Below are positions 47,488 to 62,249 of a DNA stretch of 64,000 nucleotides, piece by piece. The position numbers and the translations under genes were made by a program. Positions within the stretch are counted from its first letter, which is position 1. Every line of letters starts with the position of its first letter. The stretch comes from Chrysomallon squamiferum (taxonomy: Eukaryota > Animalia > Mollusca), in contig CM022674.1 in the NCBI GenBank assembly GCA_012295275.1, positions 2,356,001 through 2,420,000 on the forward strand, given 5' to 3'. The notes below the pieces were generated by a model that was given only the letters and a program-made list of their open reading frames with translations, was not told the DNA's origin and made no database searches.

Positions 47488-50400
47488 TCAGTCAATTTCA
47501 TAATTCTCCAAGTTTGCCTGTTCCGACCAAGCTCCGTACCGCGCACCATCCATTTCCCCGGCTACTTGATTTCCTTCTGCCAGACGATGACTTTCTCCCC
47601 CAATTTCTGCCTGGCATTCCGGACATCTAGATCTCTGCATCGCCCCTCCGCATTCCCCAATTGTGTATATATGACCTGTAAGTATGTTTGAACACAAACT
47701 CATATACACAGTTATATATTTACTCCCAGTACAAGAATGAAACACATTCAGACTACGGGACCGTCAGATAATGGAATGTGACATCATAGTTTAATGGGAT
47801 GGTCCATTTTAGGGTTATGGTTTCGTAAAGATTTCTTATTAATAATTATCACAGATGTCACATGATGAACCAATATTTTAAATGATTTAATTTCCCGGTT
47901 TTGTTTCCGAATCCTAGAATTTATATTACTGAATGATGAGCAACGAATAAGAACCAAAATGATTTTAATTTTTTAAAACTAATAAAAATAAAATATTGTA
48001 ATAATTTTCTTGTAAACAAGAATTTTTTATCAAGATCAACATTTAATGTTCAAGACTCACCGTTTTGGCATTTATACCAATGACCCTTTTTGTTATACTT
48101 CATCGCTTTAACAATCATGTCTTTTTCTTCTCGACTTAAACCCATCTTCTGCTCTAAGTCAGTAACAAACGTACGATAATTTTCCTCTTTATCTTTTAAT
48201 AACGTTTTCCGGTCTAGCTCATCGATGATTTTTTCAATTTCTGTTTTTTCGTCGGCACTGTCACGGAGTTTAATGGCTCTCCACAAAAGTCGAAATCTTT
48301 TTATCTCCATGTCGCATTCGTCGAGCTGTTGTTCTGAAAACCTTTCTCTTTTCTCCAGCCACAAGTGTAGATTTCTGAGTTCAGTGATTAGCATTTGATG
48401 TGTGTCACCTAGAGCGCGTATTTCGTCAAGAAGAGACGAGACAGCACTGACAAAGGTTCTTCTGTTCACCAGGAACGTCTCAAGCATCTCCACCTCGTGA
48501 ACAGAACAAGCGTTTCTCAGCATTCTTCTAAATCTTTCTGAAAGATCAGGGAACTCTTCTCTAAGTGTAACAGCTTTTTCTTTCACGTCACCACTGCTGG
48601 AAACGAATTCTTCTTTAATCTTGTCTATGTCCGCCTGAGCAGCTTTAATTAAGTTGCTGTATCGCTGAGCGTTAAGGATCGGGGTTTTGCATCTCGGACA
48701 CTCTTTTCTTCTAACTGCGTCGTCATTTCCACTGTCCATGTATGTGTCAAGGCCAGAGCTTTCGAAAATGTGTTTGCAGTCTGGAAGTTGATAGAAAACA
48801 GCACCGGCTTCGTCTTCGTTTCCAAAAAAGATTTCCTTAGGGTCATCTTCTTGACACTCGAGACAAAAACACGGCTCGCAAAAGAATCCTGCACACCGGT
48901 GTTTACATTTCAAAACTGTGTTGCAGGGATGGTCACACCTTGGTCGATTGCAAGGTTCACAACAAACTGCTGAACATCTGTAATCATTTGGACATCGCCT
49001 TCTGCAGTTCCAGTCACAGGGTTCCTGGCACGGAACACAGATAGCACCACATAACCTTTTACATTTGGAATGAACACATTTAGCTTCGCATTTCTCGGTG
49101 CAGTATCCACATGGAACGCTGCATAATTTTCTGCACGTGTGACCACAGATCAAAAGTCGCGTGCACTTCTCTTTACATTCTTGATGAAGATTTCCTCTGA
49201 AACATTTCCCGCATGTTCCTTTACATGCATGACCACACTGGAGAATTTTTTTGCAAGGAATCTTGCATTCAGGATTGAGTTTTGTACAACAAGCTATTTG
49301 AATGTTGTGGCCGCATTTTGCATCAATTCTGATCAACTCATGACAGTCGAAAGTTGTGTTGCATTTTTCTCCACATTTCTTTTGACATCTATGACCACAA
49401 TCAAGTGTTTTTGTACATCTTTCTTGACATTGTACATCATCGGGATCTTCGAAACAAAACATTTGTTGAGTGTGGCCGCAAGCTGGGAGTACAGCGGTGA
49501 CTTTTTCTCTGCATTTTCCACAATCCTGGCCACAGGTTTTTGAACATTTGTGTCCTCTTGGGCAGCGTTTTAAGCATGGCTTACTACAAGGCAGTTGGTG
49601 ACTTTCGTCGTTTACGTGACATCTGCGACTACACGCATGTCCGCACTCCAGTCTAGTTTCACACATTTTGCTGCAACCTCCGTCCGCTGCTTTGTCGAAA
49701 TCCACAGGATTTTTTACAGCGATTTGTTGTCCGTGTTTCTGACACTTCAGCATCAGAATGTTGCCGACGTTTTCTGTAATCTCGGCTTTGGACAAAACCT
49801 TGTCCCAAACACGAGACTTTTCTCTCAGCAAACTCGTGTTTCCAATAACATATAAACCCTCACGTGCTCTGGACAGAGTCACACATATTCGATTGGTTCT
49901 TCGCAAAAACCCGATGTCTTTTTCGAAATTGCTGCGAACCAAAGACACTAAAATGATTTTGTTTTCTTCTCCTTGATAATTATCGATGGCTGCAATTCGG
50001 ACTTCACTCGTTTTCTTAGCTAAAACTGTGTCACTCTTCTCCATATTTTGAATCAAGCTTTTCAGCAGATACTCTTGCTCTTTGTATGATGCCAGTATTG
50101 TTATGTCTGACGGTGAATAGTCTTGTAGAATCAAATGTCGATACAGTTTTGTTAACATTTCTGCTTCGTGTTTATTACTGTGGCTATGAGAATCATTTAT
50201 TTGATCTTCTGGATAGTTGTGGTCAAGAAAGAACAAATCAGACGACATTCCTTTAATGTGGTCGTATTTAAATACTGACTCGTCGTCATAGAGCTGCTCG
50301 TATATGTGTGGCTGCAGCAAGGAACTCATCTCTGGTCGCATTCTGTGCTGAAGTTTGAGCTGTTGGAATTTCATTCCACTTCGGATCCATCTCTCAAACA

Positions 50401-53400
50401 AGGAAACGTCTGTCTTGTATTCCCTGCAGAGCTGGAAATCGTTAAACGACGGCTGCAACTGCTGATGGTCTCCAATCATGATTAGATGCTGACAGGAACT
50501 TGATAACGCGCTGATGACGTGCTGTTCAGCAACCTGGGCAGCCTCTTCTACAATCACAACAGCTGGCGCAACGGCTTCCAGCTGAGCAGAAATCCGTGCT
50601 GCTCCGGTTGTTGTCATCGCTACTAAATGTGCCTTCCTCATAATATCGACATCTATCACTGCCGCCTCTTCTCTGTCGATTTCACATGCTTCTTCAAAAG
50701 ATTGCTCTGCAGCCTCGGCTTCCTCTCTGAAAGACTGTGTAGCTTTCCAAATCCAGTATCTATACAATCTCCATCTGTCAGTGACATCAAGTCTCCAGAT
50801 GTTGATCACACGTTCTGCCTCTAGATTTGTCATCATATCCCTAGAACTGGTTTCTTCACAAACACGTTTAAAGAATGTTTTCTTCTCTTTCTTAAATAGG
50901 CTGCTCCAGTATGTTTCAGTTTTCAAAATCTGAGAGTCGAGAGCCATCACTGGACTAGACAGTTCGTCATCACATTCACACACCAGCTCTTCGAAACTCT
51001 CTATAATCCTGTCTTTGTCTGCCTCTGACACGTCTTCTTCTGACCATTCGTTGTTGTCTTGAACAGGTGCAGCAGTTTCATCGTTTCGCAGAAATCGTTC
51101 CACTTGTAACCATGAAAGTATCTGAGTTTGACTCTCTGGACATCCGTCGTCTGACACAATGATTTTATTTAGAGAGAGCTGTATGAAATGGCGGTCGTTC
51201 ATTGCTTTTACCTTCACTAAGGTATCTTCGTGGACAATGCCTTTTGTGTATTCGTCTATTTTGCGTTTGATTAAATTGACCGTCTTACTGTGGGGTTTTG
51301 AAAAGCTTCGATAGTGCTGAGAACATTTTATGGCTCTTCTGTATTCCTTGATGTTGCACTTCTCAAGTTGTGGCTCTTGACAGCGTGATCCAATTCTTAC
51401 GATCTTTTCAGTTGTAACTGCTGACTTTTTGATGAGTTCTGTTAAGAACTGATCCAAAGAATGGTTAGTGTAACTGATCAAGAGTAACGGCCTAGATAAA
51501 CCGGTCCCAGATTTTCTCCAAATGCTTCTGTTTTTCAGGAGGAATTCAGCCAATCTTTCGCCCATCAATGTCTTACCTGTCCCTGGAGGACCCTGAATAA
51601 GAGCAATTTCATTTGTCAAAGCCAGCTTTATAGCCGCATACTGAGAGTCGTCCAATCCCAGTTCATCTGCTGATGGCCACTGGCTAAAATCTTTTATAGA
51701 GACGTTTGTGTAGGTCTTGGTGGGGACAGAGTTTCCATACTTCAACAGACAACGAAACGACACTTCGTCAGCCATTTCAAGATATTTCGGCAGCCTCGGC
51801 TCTACTTTATGACCAATCAAATACGGTTCTAATGGGAGTCTGAATCTTTGGTTTTCTATCTCTTCAAACATGTGTTTCAAAGTTTTCAGTGTGCTTGAAT
51901 AAGCGGGATAAAATGATCGAGATTCCAGCATTACGCATTTATTTTTTGTCAGTTTGGAAATTGTCTCGCTTTTTGCGTCAATGAACTGGACGTCGATGTT
52001 TCCCCTTCTCATTGATTCAGCAGTTCTGTTAGCAACTGTCCCATACAACAAAGAGGAAAATTCGTCGCAAGAAAAGCACAAAAGGGATCCATACTTTAAG
52101 ATCTGTGGATGATAATGCATGTTTTCAATATGAATCTCCCATACGATCCCTAAACCTTTCGCACATTTATACGACACAAGAGTAACGTCTTCAAAAACCC
52201 TGACGTCAGGATCTCTGAAGGCTCGAGATGGTCTTTCCTTCAGGAAAGTGATGTAGTTTCTGACGCCTCGACAAAGAGGACGAATGAAATCCTCACGAAA
52301 CAGTGTGAATGAATAGAGCAAGAAATGTAAGTCGTTCTCAAAAGGGCTACCGATGACATGCGGCTGGATTAATTCTTTGTAAGTGTCGTTTTTAATTCTG
52401 CTAATATCCGGTAAAATATACATATCCGACTGAGTCATCAACTGAATGATATTCGAATCTTTCGTCTGAAGCCTGTCGGATTGTTGTATTTCATTTATCT
52501 TTGTGAGTTTCTGTTTCAAGTGTTTCATGGAATCTGCGAAGTAATCACAGATGTGTTCCAAGAGAAAATTACACATTACACTCTCACTTAAAGGAAGGGA
52601 CGCTAGATCAGCCATGACACTCATTAAATCAGTTAAATCTTCAAGGAAAGATTCTTCAGCACTGTTCAGATTTGTTTTCTTTTGAAGTGTTTTCAGCTCA
52701 TCGTGTAGATCACTCCTTTCAAAGAACTTTGCTCCCCGCAGACTGAAAAGAAACTTAGATCTGTGCGAGTTAGTTAGAGATGACGTCATCCCTTTGCTGA
52801 CTACCTTCACAAATGTTTTGACATCTTGTATTTGTATGGATGAACCGAGAAGGTGACATATGTCTTCCAAGTTGTCCACAAGAAATAAACATATCTGTTC
52901 CGGTTCACGATTATAAAAAGAACAAATTCGATCTATGATGGTAGGACAATTTGGCTTCTGCCTTTTTGAATCGTTTGGACCAGTTCGTGATCTGCCTTTT
53001 GAATCAGTCCGGACCAGTTCGTGATCTACTCAGTTCTTCCAGTTCGTGATCTCTGTTCTTTGTGAGGTTCATCTCTTTTCTTTGTCAGTTCTGGGTTCTG
53101 TTTCATTGAACCAGTTCTTGAAGTGGGTTCACTGTGTTCGTGATCTGTATTCTTTGTGAGGTTCTACTTTCGTGATTGCTGTTCTTGGTAGACTTGATTC
53201 TTGGCTGAAACTTGATTCTTGGCTGATCATTCTGCAAGTCAGCGTGAGAACGTTTTCGTTTCAGTTCAGAAGTTGATTCTGTTTGTTTTCCAAAATGCGA
53301 TTCAGACCATTTTGCATCATTTGTAGAACAGAAATCACTCTGGCGTCTTTCAGAAATGATTCGTTGGCTAGGTCTACCAGAATGTTTCTCGCCTGTGATT

Positions 53401-53588
53401 AATGTCGGGCTTTTTTGAAAATTGCCTGCTTTATTTTTTACTTTACCTGATAGTGCACCATTCATTCGGTTTTTATGGTGTTCTGCTAAAGAAAGATAAG
53501 AGCTACTAGAAAAGTCTACAACGTACTCTATTTTCAGAAGATCTAAAAAGGACTTCTCTTTTATTTTATTTTTTTCCTGTTCATTCAT
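47488..53588 (-). CDS. ZNFX1: ZNFX1-like paralog (ZNFX1b); helicase, zinc fingers and RZ finger intact, N-terminal repeat region disrupted
   Basis: Open frame from about 53029 to donor at 48061 (ORF 48050-52879, all helicase motifs in one frame) plus last exon 47675-47488. N-terminal ORF 53588-53103 is homologous to ZNFX1a (DFCS.NDAK.SESH.GKQ.ESTSELKRKRSH) but separated by frameshifts and stops at about 53190-53030. Confidence 0.9.
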
Positions 53589-53641
53589 TTCCGAGATTTT
53601 CTTTTTGTGTTTATCTTTTTATTTCACCAGGAGTGCTGCTC

Positions 53642-53696
<55 letters not shown>

Positions 53697-54515
53697 ATTG
53701 ATAAATAAAATAAAATTAAATAAATTAAATAAACAAACAAACACACAAACAAACAAACAAACAAATAAATAAATAAATAAAATAAACAAACAAACAAACA
53801 AACAAATAAATAAATAAATAAAATAAAATAAACAAACAAACAAACAAATAAATAAATAAATAAATAAAATAAAATAAACAAACAAACAAACAAATAAATA
53901 AAATAAATAGATAAAAAAATAAAATAAAATAAAATAAAATAAAATAAAATAAAATAAATAAACAAACAAACAAATAAATTAATTAATTAATAAAAATATA
54001 AAAGAAAAAATTCCAAAAAAAACAACAACCAACAAACAATAAAATACTACTAAATAAAATAAATCGAATCAAATCAAATCAAGGAATCAATCAGTCATTT
54101 AGTGAGCCATTACCAAACTATAAACAACAGGTTGCAAAAATTTAAAATTAACAAACGTTGTTTCAGACACTGCTTTACACGAAACTGTGACGCTGTGGAT
54201 ACTATTTGACAACAACAACAACAACAACAACATGCAGTAATAATGAATGAATGAATGAACGAATGAACGAATGAATGAATAAATACATGTAAAAAAAATA
54301 ATAATCACAATAATCATTATAATAATGTCTAAATCTTTATAAAACGAACTGTCGTATATTCTTCGAAAAAAAAAAAAAAAAAAGATTACGCATGTTAAAT
54401 GGGCTGCAAACGCAAAACTGCATTATCAAAGTGAGAAGTCTGTGCTAATTTAGGCTGCTCAAAAGTAAACTGATTTGTTAGCAGACTTCGAACGTATACG
54501 CCTACGTATTCTGTT

Positions 54516-54603
54516 TCCAGTATCCCTCTCTAAACGAGTTACATAAAATTATTAACATTTATCAACATTTAATATATACATACATACATACATAAATACA
54601 TAA

Positions 54604-54657
<54 letters not shown>

Positions 54658-55112
54658 TACAGACATACATATATACATACATACACATACACACACATAT
54701 ACATATAAAATATACATGTATAAAACAATAAAAATAATAATTCAACACTTACGAAATTAAATCGAGTTTTGTAAATTTTAAGGCGTTGTTTATAGTCATG
54801 TGATCACTCACGATACTTGTTTTGTTCCTGGTATTTGCATTGCCAGAGTCTAGTTTCATTTTAAAGCGTTACACCATAATGCAAACGTTATTGTGTTATG
54901 AATTGTTGACTAACGTATAAAAAGAAAAGTTCATGTGGATTACAGGTGCAAAACTGCTTTATCATACTCCGTGTCACGACTGCCGAAACGTAAACCCCAC
55001 AAAGTAAAATTATAGCCTGCCTGTAACATATTATCTTTCCAGTATCCCTCTAAGCGAGCTACGCAAAATTATTAACATTTATCAACATTTAATATATACA
55101 TATACATACATA

Positions 55113-55156
<44 letters not shown>

Positions 55157-55213
55157 TGTGCAGTTAATTTCATATTTAATATTAAAATTAATGTGATTTC
55201 TTCTATACATTTA

Positions 55214-55251
<38 letters not shown>

Positions 55252-55260
55252 TAAAAATCA

Positions 55261-55299
<39 letters not shown>

Positions 55300-55393
55300 T
55301 ATATTAAAAATCAATATATATATATATATACACACACACACAAAGGTTATTGTGTTATGAATTGTCGAGTAACGTATAAAAGAAAAGTTCATC
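54516..55393. promoter_or_regulatory. Partly tandem-duplicated head-to-head promoter region between ZNFX1b and MICOS10b
   Basis: ttccagtatccctct...aaaattattaacatttatcaacatttaatatatac at 54516 and 55037; gttattgtgttatgaattgt...taacgtataaaa.gaaaagttcat at 54887 and 55347; both are single copy in the left block. Confidence 0.7.
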
Positions 55394-55591
55394 ACCATCT
55401 GAGGTTGACGTGATTGACGTTTATAAAATTCAACAACAAAAACTCATTCTTGCATAAAACAATTTTCAATTTCTTCCTTAAATTAATATTCGGTAAACTA
55501 AAGTGTAACTCATAATTAATTTGTTTCTTTCATTTTCTTTCTTTCTTTTTTTTTATTAATTAACTACTTAAATATTATTATTATTATTATG

Positions 55592-55666
<75 letters not shown>

Positions 55667-55748
55667 ATAACTCACCAGCCATTTATTTTCAAATGTTTGT
55701 GGTGCTCTAAACCCAGAGAAGGAAAATACAAAACAAGTGAAATTAAAA

Positions 55749-56089
55749 ATGTCTGCTACATCAAGGTCAGAAGATGTTCTTGGGCAGAAGTGGGATCGCT
55801 GTCTTTCGGACACTGCAGTAAAAATAGGTTGGTGACATTTAACACAAACTAGTTACTATTTATTTAATGTTAAATGCATTTTGTTTTATTTCTTGTGTTT
55901 TATATTAAAAGCAGGACATTCGGCATTTGCTATTTCAGTATTTGAGATTTATTTTCATTTTCGAATGAAAACGTGCTTGTACAATCATGCGAACCTGTAT
56001 AAATTTTAATTCTTTATTTTTTTCGTTTTACTTTGTTTCGTTTTTTTGTTTTTTGTTTTTTGTTCAAAATACACGATTATCACATATAA

Positions 56090-56181
<92 letters not shown>

Positions 56182-57325
56182 AGGTTTTGAAAATAATAAT
56201 AATAATTTGGAAAAATATGAATAATGTTTTTATTCAAGATTACATTTAACATTAATGTTATGCCTTATTTGATTAATTTTATTATTAGTCTACATTTAAT
56301 TTGCAAATCAGTAATAATAAGTTTTATATATATATATATTTATTTATTTATAGTTTTTTTTTTTTTTTTTGTCACTGGCCTTGGTCTTGGAATTGTCTTT
56401 TCAGTTGTCTTCTTTAAAAGTAAGAAAATAACAATTGTTTCTTATCTTAAAAGTTACATATAAGCAGAACATTCTTAAATGTATTTATTTATTTATTTAT
56501 TTATTTGTTTCTTCTTTTTCTCTCTCTTTTTTTTTATATGGTGGTGCTTTATAATCTGTTAAAAAAAAGTTATAGGTAGCTTTCGCAGTCTGATATGAGT
56601 TAAGAGATTTGCATTATGTAATGATGCCCAGTTTTCATACGGTCTTTTATTTATACACATAATTATTTTTTCTTTGTTATTTAGTAAATTCTTATTATTG
56701 TTTTGTTTCTGACAATCTTTGTCATGCAGTACTGTCTGTTAAAGTACATGTGTGTGTGTTTGTATGTTTAGAGACAGAGCAATTGCTTGATTAGAATCTA
56801 GGTCTTTACAAATAAGAATTGAAAATAGATTTTATTAAAAAAAAAAAAAAAAAAAATTGTAATTTAAGAACTATTTTGTTTTAATGTATAGTGACAACAT
56901 AATCAACATTACCACTGAGAAGTAAAAAGTATTTTAATTTTTGTACAATTTAGGATGCAGGATAAAAGAAATAACTGGTTAAAGTCTTAAAATATCATTT
57001 GAGCTTGGCATAGCCTTGCTGAATTGGGTCATTCTTACCTTCCCTGGATAAATCTGATATCTTAAACCAGCAGCCATTACCTACCCATGATGAACAGATA
57101 AAATACATGACAATGGAAGTTGCCTGAATTCTGTTTATTTGCACTAATTGATATTTTTCTTTTTCCAGTTACAGCTTGGTTACATATATAATTAACAGTC
57201 TTTTCAGAGTTTAAGTATGCATATTTTCAATGCTGATAACGGAAAACAGAAGTGTTTGTAATTTATTGTTTTTACTTTTAGAATGGTATTACCAAAATAT
57301 AAAACTAAATATATATCTATATGTT

Positions 57326-57370
<45 letters not shown>

Positions 57371-58458
57371 TTTTGGCAATACTTGATAATTTAATAATGA
57401 TAAAAAAAAAAATCCACATTTTCTGATGTTTCAGGGCGACCATGGCCTTTAAGTTTTGGAGCCGGTGTTGGGTTCGGAATGGGATATTCTAACTGCCAAC
57501 ATGACTTTCAGAATCCGTATCTTGTTCACACCAAAAGGGTTCGGGTATGTATGAAATACAAACGTGACAAGTTGATGGCCATATTGAAATGTGAACCTAC
57601 AAATAACTAAAATAATAATACTTTTAAAAAATAATATTAAATAATGTCAGTTTTGTGACAGATAATGGAAATGTGGGTCACTAATTTGGTCAGGCTTTTT
57701 CAGTTTGAATGTACATCAGCCTTTTAAATGTAGCTACAGCAGTACACTGTTATTTTATCCTTTCTAAACTGCAAGCCTGATGTTGTCAGTGATTACAAAT
57801 TCATCTGTTTGCTCTACCTTTTCCTGACATCGCTAGAAAAAAAACCCATTAAACATGACAGTCACAATGTGTGTGATTTCACAATTACAGAAAAATCCTG
57901 TTGTCCCAGATGTTCTTAAAAAGTGGGTTTTTGTTGTTACACGTTGCTACTAATTAGGATAAAATTTGTATGACAAATACAAATTGTAATAACTTTTAAT
58001 ATTGCTCCACATTGCCTCAGATGTATTTTGAGGTTTTGGTAGCTGTTTGCTGTTTATTTTTTTGTTTTTTTCTGTAGAAAGTGCAGTAATAAATGTTTTT
58101 CTTTTCATTCTTGTTTTCTTAAATATTTATGGAAAGCATGTCGTGTAGAATTGGAATGTTTTCTTTTAAAAACAGTTTTTGCAAGGAGTCCATTTGATGT
58201 CTTTACAGTGCCAATGAATGGTGTTACTTTTTCATGTTTAATTTATTGTTACCTAGCATTGGTAAAATCATGAACGTGTTACCAACTTGGTTATCAATAT
58301 GTAAGGAGAATATGTTGGTCTAGAAATTCAATATGTAATCAGAATAGACTGGACCAGTAATTTAGTATGTTAGCAGAATTGTTTGGACCACAGATTAAGA
58401 TACTTGTTTTCACTTATATTTATTTATTTTTCAGGTGACTGATTCCTCCAACATTTGA
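55749..58458 (+). CDS. MICOS10: MICOS complex subunit MIC10 (MINOS1), 4 exons, about 86 aa
   Basis: Exons 55749-55827, 56372-56419, 57435-57544, 58435-58458: MSATSRSEDVLGQKWDRCLSDTAVKIVTGLGLGIVFSVVFFKRRPWPLSFGAGVGFGMGYSNCQHDFQNPYLVHTKRVRVTDSSNI; KWDRC, GxGxG, KRR loop and GxGxGxG motifs. Exon 2 acceptor lacks the A of AG as assembled; last exon less certain. Confidence 0.9.
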
Positions 58459-59495
58459 GGGAAGACTAACGTTAGGAATTTAGATCATGAATGGTTAACT
58501 GTGTATGTGTGTGTGTGTGTGTGTGTTTAAGTTCTATACTATCAGAAGACTAACTGTTCGAAATTTATCAAGAGAAGCAAAGTATAAAACATCATTGTTT
58601 GCCTAAATGTAATTTCAAAGAAAAAGAAGAACATGACAAAAAGTGAGAAAAAAAATATTTAAAAATATTAATCAAAAATTGTCAGTGATGTCATTTGAGT
58701 TCATGCTTCTTGTAAAATTTCTAAGATTGAAAAAAGAAAAACTAAATATCTGTAAGTTTACTTTTTCTTCCCATTGTCATTCTTTGAATAATAAATTATT
58801 ATTTTTAAACTTGAAATATCTATTGTTTTTAATTTAATTTTTAGTTTTTTTGTTTTTTAAGAAATAGAAGGGTTCAATTAAAAGAAAAATTCAGAATATG
58901 ATGAAACATCTTTGAACCATAAAATTTATATCACTGGAAGTGAATAAAATGTGATGTTAAAATGTAACTGGATTGATAAGATTTAGAAAGTAATGTTTGG
59001 TTTACTCGGACATTATTTAGTTAGTTAGTTAGTTATTAAAAGGTGTCAAATTAAAAGAATCAACTCTTTGAATTACAGCTTGGTGAGATTGAAAATTCTC
59101 AAAACTGGACTAGGTAAACTGGAATTAACCCTCAGAAACAGTTTTAACAATCCAGTGATCTATCTAGTATCAAAATTCAAAACCTCAATACACCATAAAC
59201 CATTACAAACTAATGATTTTACTTGATTCTAACACTCCGTCCATTTTTATTTGATTCAGGTTTTTCACGAGTTAAGTTTTCTAGCAGTGAATAGAGGTCA
59301 GGTTTTGTTTTGAAGCGAAGGGAGGTAATACATCTTTAACCGATAATCTGATGTTGATATTCACGTGCATGTATATTATAATAATAATATAACATGAATA
59401 TAAGAAATAATTACTTCGTAAGATGTAAACCACAATGTTGTAATATTACACGATGTGAAAATATCTCCTGACACACACGTACGAAAAGAGAAACA

Positions 59496-59527
<32 letters not shown>

Positions 59528-60214
59528 AAATTAAGAAATGATAAAAATATACAAATGAAAATTTAAAATCATGTCTCATGCATGGTAAATAATAATTAAA
59601 CAAAATTATTAGTAGTAATAATTAAACTTTGAAGTTTGTAACAAAATCATGCATGATTCGAAAATGATCCATTTAATAATAATATGTTTATAATTTGTTC
59701 ACACACAACTAAACAAACAGGATGGTAGTTTTTATTGTTTTTTTTTTTTTCTTAATTGTGCTTTAAATAAACAAATTTGCTTGAATAATATTTAAAAAGA
59801 AAATCGAACGATGTATGGGGTTTTAATTTATTACTGAACATGGAAATGCACGTGAATAAAAGAAAATCGACGAAAGTCGAGCACAAATAAAAATTGTTCA
59901 AGGGAAGTAACTCTGTAAACGTTAATTGGAAGATGCACACGTTCTTCTGAAGGAATAATAATTATTTTTTTATTTGCTTGTATATTATGAGAATTGTTTT
60001 CATTTATTATACGCATTTTTTGTTATTTACACACACAGTCACAGTTTAGGGTTAGCAAAAATGAAATCTAGCTTTATCAAAATAGTCTGAATGTAGCATG
60101 CACTGGTGAAAGAAAAGCAAAACCAATATAGATTTATTAATTATTTTGAAAAAATATACGGTCTGATAACCGACATTTTCATAATGACGTCCAATGCGAC
60201 CGTGCATCAATGCG

Positions 60215-60273
<59 letters not shown>

Positions 60274-60434
60274 ACACATGGACAAACACACAGATTTATA
60301 TACATAAGCAGAGATGCATGAGAAGTGAATAAGTAATCTATTGTGTTTAGAATGACAATAGCTTTAGTTCCAGGCAATTCAGTACGTCTGGTTATTAAAG
60401 ACGTTGAACATTTGAAAATATTTAATTTGTTGTT

Positions 60435-60542
<108 letters not shown>

Positions 60543-60935
60543 GATGTTTTATTTTTGTGTGGCTAGGTATTATTTATTTATTATTTTACACGCACACACA
60601 CACACACACATATAAAATAATGGTGCCTTAACTCTGTCAAATTCCGACGCACATTTCAGTACAATAAAAGTTTTTGTATCTGCATATTTTTATTTATAAG
60701 CAACACGTTTGTCACTTTGAAGTGATATTTATCTTGGTGCAAATAACTATATTTAACTAATACAGAGATGGATGATAATAATAATAATAATAATAATAAT
60801 AATAGTAGTAGTAGTAGTAGTAATAATAATAATAATAGTATTCACAATCGCTAAATAACTAAAGAAAAAAGAAATAAAAATGATATTTATCTTGGGGAAA
60901 ATTACTATATGTTACTAACAGAGATGATGATGATG

Positions 60936-60977
<42 letters not shown>

Positions 60978-61289
60978 GTAATAATAGTAATAATAGTTGT
61001 AGTAGTAGTGGTAGTGTTAGTAGTAATTTTTATTTGTCTCCAACCCTAATATCGTAGTCACACTCGGTGTTTGAAATTAACATTTTTGATTCCGTGAATA
61101 AATCATATCTAGTTTATTTATTTATTTACAAAAATGTTGTGGTAGCAGTAGTAGTATTAAAACTAGCTTGTTGATGCTGTTGTCATTTCCCAGTCGTGTT
61201 CGGTTTCAGATTCAATGTGCAAACAGATCGAACTCTGGAACATTTCAGTATTTAATTCTATGTACACACACATGGAAAATTATTATCTA

Positions 61290-61391
<102 letters not shown>

Positions 61392-61464
61392 ATACAGGCA
61401 CACATTCACGCACATTAACTCATATAACCAAATCCGTGTTAATGAGCATTCAATTCGGATATCT

Positions 61465-61566
<102 letters not shown>

Positions 61567-62147
61567 TTTTTTACGATAAACTAGAAACATCCAAGTACTG
61601 CTTTCAGAATGCTCGCTCCGTTGATACACACTTTTCACTCTTTTTTTTTTTTTTTTTCTTTTTTCTTTTTTCCACTTATTAGTTGATCATATACACTCTG
61701 TTTACACGTTCTGTTATCATTTGTAATGTTTGTTTTGATGCACTCGCGAAAACTATGTAAACACACGAGTCGCCAAGATCCGTCTTTAATTTGTTTTGCA
61801 AAGTAAAACTCGCCAAGGGAAGCTGAAGTTTAAAAAATTATTTATTTTCGCATTTATTACTGCACATATCTTGCGAAACAAAACAATCATGGACAATTCA
61901 TCAGTGTAACGTTTATTAAACTTCGCCGCCATTTAATTCCCATCTTTGCCTGAGCGGTAATTATATGAAAGAATTCCGTTTAAATAGAGTTTGTGGAGAA
62001 ATGAATATATGAATATATATGTGTATATATAAAATGTAACAGTTTTTGAAAACAAAATGATGGTGATGATGATGATGATGATAATGATGATCATGGTAGC
62101 AGAAGTAGTAGTAGTAATAACAACAACAACAACAACAATAATTATAA

Positions 62148-62211
<64 letters not shown>

Positions 62212-62249
62212 TAATATTATTATTATTATTATACACAACAAAATCAAAT

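Larger units (their letters stand above)
43310..60170 (-). repeat. Segmental duplication block (ZNFX1 + MICOS10 + flanks), right inverted copy
   Basis: Same anchors as listed for 8855-24590. Confidence 0.92.
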
